Shown here: one piece after another, positions 58,517 to 64,000 of the stretch
Layout: each line of letters begins with the position of its first letter
Position numbering within the stretch: position 1 is the stretch's first letter
NCBI GenBank assembly: GCA_965247115.1
Contig: CBDFGR010000002.1
Location: forward strand, 160,001 to 224,000
DNA: 64,000 nt
Reading direction: 5' to 3'
Origin: Myxococcota bacterium
GTDB lineage: Bacteria > Myxococcota_A > UBA9160 > SZUA-336
Made by a program: the position numbers and the translations under genes
Notes under the pieces: generated by a model
The model's database searches: none
The model's input: the letters and a program-made list of their open reading frames with translations, nothing else
Told to the model about the DNA's origin: nothing

Positions 58517-59704
58517 TCAGCCGATTCGAGCCTTGCCCGTCTCGTCGCGGTGTTTCGCGAGGTAGCGCATGAAGGGGGTTCCCCCGGTTCCGACGTCCGT
58601 GGGGTTCGCCCGGTCGGCGCCACTTTGCAGCTCGATGTAGCTTGCAGCGTAGTCCAGGTGCAGCGACCGGAACGCCTCCAGCCAGCCCACACACTGGTCG
58701 TACGCGGCTCGTAGCTCGCGAGCTCCGCTCGCGCAGGATTGCACGAACGGACGAACCGTCCCAGCCTCGTCGAGGGCGTCCAGGAACGCCCGATGCCCCG
58801 GAGGCATGTAGTGGCGCATCTCGACCAGGTAGCCGCGCAAGGGGTCGTCCGCGTGGGCTACGCCGAGGACGGCGTCGAGCGCGGGAATGATGCCACTCTG
58901 GGCCCCCGTCTCGCCTCTGAACTGCTGCGGGTGCCCGTCGAGCACCTCCACGCCCTCGTACACCACTCCTCCGGGCAGTGCCGGATGATCCTTCCAGCCG
59001 TGGATGTAGGGGCGAACGCGCCGAAAATAGACGTATGGATCGCAATGCTCCGGCAGGCGAGCCAGCGCGCCAAGCATCGACTCGATACCTGCCGAAATCG
59101 CGTCCAGGGAATCCATGAGCGCAGCGACGTCCTGCTTGGACACCGCGCGCAGAGCCGGCCCGAGCTCGCAGAGAGCGCGCGCGGCTTTGAACTCGATATC
59201 GACGTGAACACCGATGAACCAGTCCTCGTCCGCTCCGCCAAGGAAGTTCTGCAGCAGCATGATGTTGCCGAGCTCTACGGGACCTTCTGCATCGATCCGC
59301 GACCAGTTGTCGAGCGCATAGGACGCGTACGAGAGCACAGGAGGACGGCCCAGCCGCAGGGCGACCTCGCACCAGGGTACGGCGATGCTCGCGGGGATGC
59401 GTTCGGCCGGCGCGTCCCCCGACCAGACGTACGCGTGGCCGACATAGGAGAGGAGCAGCATGGCGCGCCGCAGCTCGGCCTCGTTCTCCAGCTCGTCGAC
59501 GGGCAGCTGCGGCAGGCTCTCGAGGATCTTCCGGATGTGCCCCGTGAGCAGGAGCCGCGGCAGGTCGTGCCCCACCTCTTCGAGCGCGTCGAATTGCTCG
59601 GGCAGCTCGCGCAGGGGGTCCGCCAGCGGCAGAAAGCCGCGCTCGCGTGAAAGCCCGAAGGACTTCAGGTCGTCCACGGGGAAGGACGGAGACCGACGCT
59701 CCAT
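58517..59704 (-). CDS. Indoleamine 2,3-dioxygenase family heme enzyme
   Basis: RGFLP, HAYVW, LGRPPVLSYA....NW, DEDWF..H..IE, GETGAQS, YMPPGHR.FL, FR..H, GTGGT. Confidence 0.9.
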   Translation of the reverse strand: MERRSPSFPVDDLKSFGLSRERGFLPLADPLRELPEQFDALEEVGHDLPRLLLTGHIRKILESLPQLPVDELENEAELRRAMLLLSYVGHAYVWSGDAPAERIPASIAVPWCEVALRLGRPPVLSYASYALDNWSRIDAEGPVELGNIMLLQNFLGGADEDWFIGVHVDIEFKAARALCELGPALRAVSKQDVAALMDSLDAISAGIESMLGALARLPEHCDPYVYFRRVRPYIHGWKDHPALPGGVVYEGVEVLDGHPQQFRGETGAQSGIIPALDAVLGVAHADDPLRGYLVEMRHYMPPGHRAFLDALDEAGTVRPFVQSCASGARELRAAYDQCVGWLEAFRSLHLDYAASYIELQSGADRANPTDVGTGGTPFMRYLAKHRDETGKARIG

Positions 59705-59807
59705 GCTCCGAGGATACGTCTCGCTCGGCGTAGCCTCCAAGCAGCAGAGCAGCAACGTGCGACAGGGATGTCCAGCGACACACTGCGACGGAGTGGAGAG
59801 CCGGTCT

Positions 59808-59899
59808 TGTGGGACCCGGCGCGCGGGCGGCCGCGCGCCACCCACCTTCGCGCAGGCCTACGGCCTTCGCTGCGCGCGCCGCGTTCCGCGGCGCTTGCG
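59808..59899 (+). repeat. Dispersed three-hairpin repeat, full copy
   Basis: Matches 33473-33562 and 30104-30146; abuts the PfkB-family gene stop. Confidence 0.8.
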
Positions 59900-60799
59900 T
59901 TAGTGCCCGCGGGCTAGGAGTTGTTCGGCGTCTTGGGAGGTGCCGTGAAATGGGCCGGAGGATTGCAGTGCCAGCGCTGCGACTGCGGTTGCGAAGCGGG
60001 CCGCGCTCTTGGGATGGTATTGTTCGAGACGGCGATGCAGGTACGCGGCCATGAACGTGTCGCCGCAGCCGGTGGGGTCGACTGGATCCGCTACGGGAAC
60101 CGCGGGAACGTGATGGAGCTGCCCTTCGCCGAACACGAGCGCGCCGTCGCCGCCGAGGGTGACGAGCACCTCGCGCGGGCCGAGTTCGGCCAGACGCCGC
60201 GCGGCCAGGCCGACGTCTCGCACTCCGCTCAGTAGCAGTGCCTCGCCGGCGTCCACTTTTAGCGTGGTGACGTACGAGAGTGTCTCCTCGGTCTGCGCAA
60301 AGCGACGCGGGACGATCACTCCGTCCTTCACCCCTCTCACCAGGCCCTGAGCATCGAGAGCTACCTCTCCCCTGGCAGCGGCGCTCTCGACCATGCCCAC
60401 GGCCATATCGCGATTCGTGAGCGGGCCGAGATGGAACACGCCGGCGCGCAGATTGCCCAGCTCCGCAGCTTCGAAGGGCGATCCGACCGTACTCACCCGC
60501 TGCGCGCGCGGACCCGAATCGACGCTGTCGTAGCGATTCTCGAAGACTGCAGTTCTCGGGCTCGGCAACGCGATGACCGCTTCGCACTCGCCCCTCAGCT
60601 CCGAGAGCAGCTCCGGCTCGTCTTCGGCAGCGAGCTTGGTGAGAACCGCGACCTGTCGCCCGAGGCGACACAGCGTAAGGGCCAGGTAGTATGCAGCTCC
60701 TCCGGGCTGCCTCTCGACCCGCTCGCCGATCCGGACGACGTCGCGGCTCACGTGTCCGACCGCGCAGACGTCGAAGTGCTGCAGCTCAGCCCCGCTCAT
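59900..60799 (-). CDS. PfkB/ribokinase family carbohydrate kinase
   Basis: VGHVSRD, PGGAAYY, VTLGGDG, DPTGCGDTF. Confidence 0.92.
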   Translation of the reverse strand: MSGAELQHFDVCAVGHVSRDVVRIGERVERQPGGAAYYLALTLCRLGRQVAVLTKLAAEDEPELLSELRGECEAVIALPSPRTAVFENRYDSVDSGPRAQRVSTVGSPFEAAELGNLRAGVFHLGPLTNRDMAVGMVESAAARGEVALDAQGLVRGVKDGVIVPRRFAQTEETLSYVTTLKVDAGEALLLSGVRDVGLAARRLAELGPREVLVTLGGDGALVFGEGQLHHVPAVPVADPVDPTGCGDTFMAAYLHRRLEQYHPKSAARFATAVAALALQSSGPFHGTSQDAEQLLARGH

Positions 60800-60818
60800 G
60801 CGGCTCCGGCGCTGGACA

Positions 60819-60846
60819 TTGTGCTCCCGCCACTGAAGAGTAAAAT
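60819..60846 (+). promoter_or_regulatory. Sigma70-like promoter of nitrile hydratase operon
   Basis: TTGTGC-N16-TAAAAT. Confidence 0.45.
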
Positions 60847-60885
60847 GCCGCCAGCTACGCTCACAGTCGCCATGGAGGCTACTGG

Positions 60886-60987
60886 GTGAACCGCTTCCTC
60901 TCGCAGTATGAGTTGGCGACAGCGCTGGAAGAAGTCTACGACGAGCTGAGCCCGGCGTTCCAGACCCTGAGCCGGTTGGACACGTGA
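60886..60987 (+). CDS. Small 33-aa ORF (MNRFLSQYELATALEEVYDELSPAFQTLSRLDT) coupled to nthB
   Basis: GGAGG at 60874-60878, 7 nt before GTG; its TGA overlaps the nthB GTG (GTGA). Confidence 0.55.
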   Translation: MNRFLSQYELATALEEVYDELSPAFQTLSRLDT

Positions 60988-61664
60988 ACGGGATCCACGA
61001 TCTCGGCGGCATGCACGGCTTTGGACGCGTGCCTATCGAGGAGAGCGCCCCGTACCACGCAGCGTGGGAGCTGCGCGTTGCAGCCATCATGCTGGGGCTG
61101 CTGCGTCGAGGCCTCTACAACCTCGATGCGTTCCGACATGGAATCGAGAGCATGGAACCGGGCCATTACCTGCGGGCGAGCTACTTCGAGCGCTGGCGCA
61201 CGTCGGTCGAGCAGAACCTGATCCGGAGTGGAGCGCTCCGCGCAGACGACCTGGACGAACGCCGTCGAACCATCGACCAGGGCACGAAGCCGCCGACACC
61301 TCAGCAAGGTCGGGACGAAGCGCACGCACCGCCTCTCGGCCAACGACCGGGCTTCGTCCGAGAGATCGACGCCCCGCCTCGCTTTCGCAACGGAGAGCGC
61401 GTCCGAACGCGCAACCTGAATCCCGCCGGGCACACGCGCCTTCCCGGCTACGCGCGCGAAAAGAGCGGCCGCATCGATCGTGTGTATCCTGGCTTTGTGT
61501 TCCCCGACACGAATGCCCACGGGAAGGGTGAGAATCCACAGTACCTCTACAACGTCCGCTTCGAGGCGTCTGAGCTCTGGGGCGACGCTGCCGAGCCGGC
61601 TTCCTCGGTGGCCATCGACCTGTTCGAGAGCTACCTCGAGCCCACACTGGAGGAGCGCGAATGA
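60984..61664 (+). CDS. nthB: Nitrile hydratase beta subunit
   Basis: MNGIHDLGGMHGFG, FRHGIE, SYFERW, GHTRLPGY, FPDTNAHG, DLFESYLE. Confidence 0.95.
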   Translation: MNGIHDLGGMHGFGRVPIEESAPYHAAWELRVAAIMLGLLRRGLYNLDAFRHGIESMEPGHYLRASYFERWRTSVEQNLIRSGALRADDLDERRRTIDQGTKPPTPQQGRDEAHAPPLGQRPGFVREIDAPPRFRNGERVRTRNLNPAGHTRLPGYAREKSGRIDRVYPGFVFPDTNAHGKGENPQYLYNVRFEASELWGDAAEPASSVAIDLFESYLEPTLEERE

Positions 61665-62242
61665 GCGACGACCAGCAATCCCTGCGCACCGAGGCCCTCG
61701 AGTCCCTGCTGAGAGAGAAAGGCCTGGTGGATTCGAGCGTGATCGACGGAGTGGTTGAGCGCTATGAGAACGACCTCGGCCCCATGATCGGGGCACGCGT
61801 CGTGGCGCGAGCATGGCGCGACGCGGACTACAAAGCGCGCCTCCTCCAGAACGCTCCGGCCGCCCTCGCCGAGCTCGGCATCGAAGCGGTCGAGGAGGCA
61901 CAGCTCGTCGTCGTGGAGAACACGACGCAGGTCCACAACGTCGTGGTCTGCACGCTGTGTTCCTGCTACCCCTGGTCTGTCCTCGGCCTGCCGCCGAGCT
62001 GGTACAAGGACCCTGCGTACCGTTCCCGGGTCGTCCGCGAGCCCCGCGTGGTGCTCGCAGAGTTCGGTCTCGCGCTGGGGGCGGACGCCGAGGTGCGGGT
62101 CTGGGACAGCAGCGCAGAGGTCCGCTACATGGTGCTCCCGCAGCCTCCCGCGGGCGCGGAAGGACTGAGCGAGCCCGAGCTCATGGAGCTCGCCAGCCGG
62201 GACTCCCTGATCGGCACCGCGCTCGCCGGGCCGCGGGCATGA
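61661..62242 (+). CDS. nthA: Nitrile hydratase alpha subunit, cobalt type
   Basis: VCTLCSCYPW (Thr/Tyr = Co type), GLPP.WYK, VWDSSAEVRYMVLP. Confidence 0.96.
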   Translation: MSDDQQSLRTEALESLLREKGLVDSSVIDGVVERYENDLGPMIGARVVARAWRDADYKARLLQNAPAALAELGIEAVEEAQLVVVENTTQVHNVVVCTLCSCYPWSVLGLPPSWYKDPAYRSRVVREPRVVLAEFGLALGADAEVRVWDSSAEVRYMVLPQPPAGAEGLSEPELMELASRDSLIGTALAGPRA

Positions 62243-62589
62243 GCGACGACGAAGTTCGCCCCCTACCCATCGATGGCCCGGGCGCGCCGCCGCGCAAGAA
62301 CGGAGAGCTCGTCTTCGCTGCACCCTGGGAGGGACGCGCCTTCGGCATTGCGATGGCCCTGTGCGATCGGGAGCTGTTCCGCTGGGACGAATTCCGCCGG
62401 GAGCTGATCGCCGAGATTGCCAGCTGGGAGCGCGCCCATCCCGACGGCGTCGGCTGGAGCTACTACGCCCGCTGGCTGGCCGCTCTGGAGATCCTGCTCG
62501 CGGACAAGCGCATCATGGCGCCAGTAGACCTCGACCTCCGGGAGCAGGAGCTCGCCGCCCGCCCCGAAGGGCACGATCACCGCCACTAG
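62239..62589 (+). CDS. Nitrile hydratase accessory/activator protein (P14K-like)
   Basis: PRKNGELVFAAPWE.RAFG, WDEFR..LI, YY..WL.ALE; His-rich end GHDHRH. Confidence 0.88.
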   Translation: MSDDEVRPLPIDGPGAPPRKNGELVFAAPWEGRAFGIAMALCDRELFRWDEFRRELIAEIASWERAHPDGVGWSYYARWLAALEILLADKRIMAPVDLDLREQELAARPEGHDHRH

Positions 62590-62609
62590 GCTGTCCCGAG
62601 TCCGGACCC

Positions 62610-63641
62610 CTACGCCTGCGCAACGCCAAGGCTGAGGCCGGGATCCATGCCCGCGGCCTCGCGGAGAGCCGCCTTGGTGTAGAGCTCTGCCATCTTGCCT
62701 CGCCAGGGGGCCTGGAAGTCGGTGTTGTCGAGAGGGGTCGCGACTCGGCGGGCCAGACGTGCGGCGGTCGCTATGCCGCCCTCAGTCAGGGCCTCGCCCT
62801 CCAGTGAGCGCTCCGCTTCGCTGGCCGCCACGGGACGGGACGCGACCGCTCCGAGGAAGATCCTGGCTCGTTCGACGTTTCCTCCGGCATCGGTCCAGAG
62901 GGCAACCGCGACGGAGAGGACAGCGAAGTCGATGGCGCCTCGGCGCCGCAGCTTCCAGAAGGCCGAGCGACACCGTCCGCTGTCAGCTTCGGCCGGCACG
63001 AGAATATCTCCAATGATCTCGTCAGGCTGTTTGCTCAGGTAGTCGATTCCATCGTTCCGGAACAGGTCGGAAATTGGGATGGTTCGCTCTCCGTCGGCCG
63101 AGATCAGCTGCACTCGGGCCCCGAGGGCGCAAAGAATCGGGGCGGCATCACTCGCCGAGTGGGCCCAGCAAAGCGGCGAGCGAGGTGCAACCCAGCATAC
63201 CGTGCCCTCCTTTTTCAGACAGTAGTCCACCGAACGGCGCCAGCTTTCGCTCTGGTTGTAGTACGTGCAGCGCGTATCTACACAGAGGTTCCCACCGAGT
63301 GTGCCGAGGTTGCGCAGCGGCGGCGAAGAGATACTCGCCACCGCGCGCGCGAGCGAAGGGTAGCGCTCGCTCGCGAGCGAGCTGTCGAGCACGTCGCTGA
63401 GCAGCGAGGTCGCGCCGATGCGCAGCTCCGCACCGCCCGTGCCGTTCCTCACGCCGCGAAGCTCGGGAATCGCCATCAGGCTGACGACGCTGTGCGGTTG
63501 ATGCAGGCCTCGCTTCAGGTTCGGCCACAGATCCGTCCCACCCGCGACCAGCAACGCCTCGGGGCCCTCGCCTTGGAGCATCTTCGCGGCCTCCACCGCA
63601 TTCCGCGGCCGGCGCAGCTCAAACTCTGGCAGACGAAGCAT
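62610..63641 (-). CDS. FAD/4Fe-4S subunit of molybdenum hydroxylase, 4-hydroxybenzoyl-CoA reductase beta (HcrB)-like
   Basis: AGGTDL.PNLK, GTLGGNLC.DTRC.YYNQS..WR....C.K..G..C insertion, KLRRRGAIDF. Confidence 0.85.
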   Translation of the reverse strand: MLRLPEFELRRPRNAVEAAKMLQGEGPEALLVAGGTDLWPNLKRGLHQPHSVVSLMAIPELRGVRNGTGGAELRIGATSLLSDVLDSSLASERYPSLARAVASISSPPLRNLGTLGGNLCVDTRCTYYNQSESWRRSVDYCLKKEGTVCWVAPRSPLCWAHSASDAAPILCALGARVQLISADGERTIPISDLFRNDGIDYLSKQPDEIIGDILVPAEADSGRCRSAFWKLRRRGAIDFAVLSVAVALWTDAGGNVERARIFLGAVASRPVAASEAERSLEGEALTEGGIATAARLARRVATPLDNTDFQAPWRGKMAELYTKAALREAAGMDPGLSLGVAQA

Positions 63642-64000
63642 GCTTCCTCCTCGCCAGGGCCTCTTCTCGCCTGCTCATGGTTCCGTCCGCCCGGAGGGAG
63701 CTCTTGCTGCGCGGGTCGTCCAGGCTGCGACCGTCTCCGCCCTCCTGCGGTGTCGGGATGCGCAGCGGTGGACCCACATCGAACTCGGGAAACGCTGTCG
63801 GGCCGAAGCGCGCGGGCTTGCCCTGCGCTTTCGCCTCGAGCGCTTTCGCGATCATGTGCGGGTGGATCGGCACCTGGTCGATCCGGGCGCCGACAGCGTC
63901 GAAGATCGCGTTGGCGACGGCCGGCATCACCGGGAGCAGCGGTCCCTGCCCCGCTTCCTTCGCACCGAATGGTCCCTTCGGGTCCGCATCCTCGATGATG
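63619..64000 (-). CDS. Molybdopterin-binding large subunit (HcrA/XdhB family), C-terminal part; truncated by window edge
   Basis: DPKGPFGAKEAGQGPLLPVMPAVANAIFDAVG.RI..VP. Confidence 0.85.
   Translation of the reverse strand, partial: IIEDADPKGPFGAKEAGQGPLLPVMPAVANAIFDAVGARIDQVPIHPHMIAKALEAKAQGKPARFGPTAFPEFDVGPPLRIPTPQEGGDGRSLDDPRSKSSLRADGTMSRREEALARRKHASSARV

Noticed and set aside
57309..60671. 1120-aa computed ORF
   Set aside because: The 5' two-thirds overlaps the IDO and PfkB genes in other frames and is Arg/Pro/Ala noise; only 57309-58403 looks real
60820..60975. Cobalamin or NiCo riboswitch before the Co-NHase (CCCGCCACTG, GCTACTGG seen)
   Set aside because: The AGGGAA/GGTG 5' core and a proper B12 box are absent; the region is better explained by a promoter and small ORF
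61661..62242. NHase-like RiPP leader (NHLP) precursor
   Set aside because: Metal-binding CTLCSC is intact, beta and accessory subunits are present, and there is no YcaO, LanM or transporter

Overview
High-GC bacterial chromosomal window. Gene content (giant TPR protein, TPR-Ser/Thr kinase, extra Hsp70/J pair, PilZ protein, NtrYX) suggests a Myxococcota/deltaproteobacterium-like organism; this is inference. It is mostly housekeeping and metabolic: rimP-nusA-infB-DUF503-rbfA, ntrYX-rimI-pyrK-pyrD, lpxC, yebC-ruvCAB, infA, purE, aroE, lysA, bfr, transporters, SDRs, a cobalt nitrile hydratase cluster and an HcrAB-like molybdoenzyme cut by the window edge. No CRISPR array, tRNA, rRNA or transposase was seen. 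Less obvious signals read from the sequence: (1) a shared sigma28/FliA-like promoter (TMAR-N15/16-RMCGATRR) before five unlinked genes (2576-aa TPR protein, membrane TPR kinase, lidless Hsp70 plus J protein, PomAB-like stator, tandem PilZ protein), suggesting a late-motility regulon with non-flagellar members; (2) a sigma54 promoter with tandem enhancer palindromes before lpxC; (3) a ~178-nt 6S-RNA-like rod at an atypical locus; (4) a dispersed three-hairpin repeat with compensatory changes; (5) a 33-aa ORF translationally coupled to nitrile hydratase; (6) a double-redoxin/octaheme cytochrome c fusion. All calls are by eye; no searches were run.
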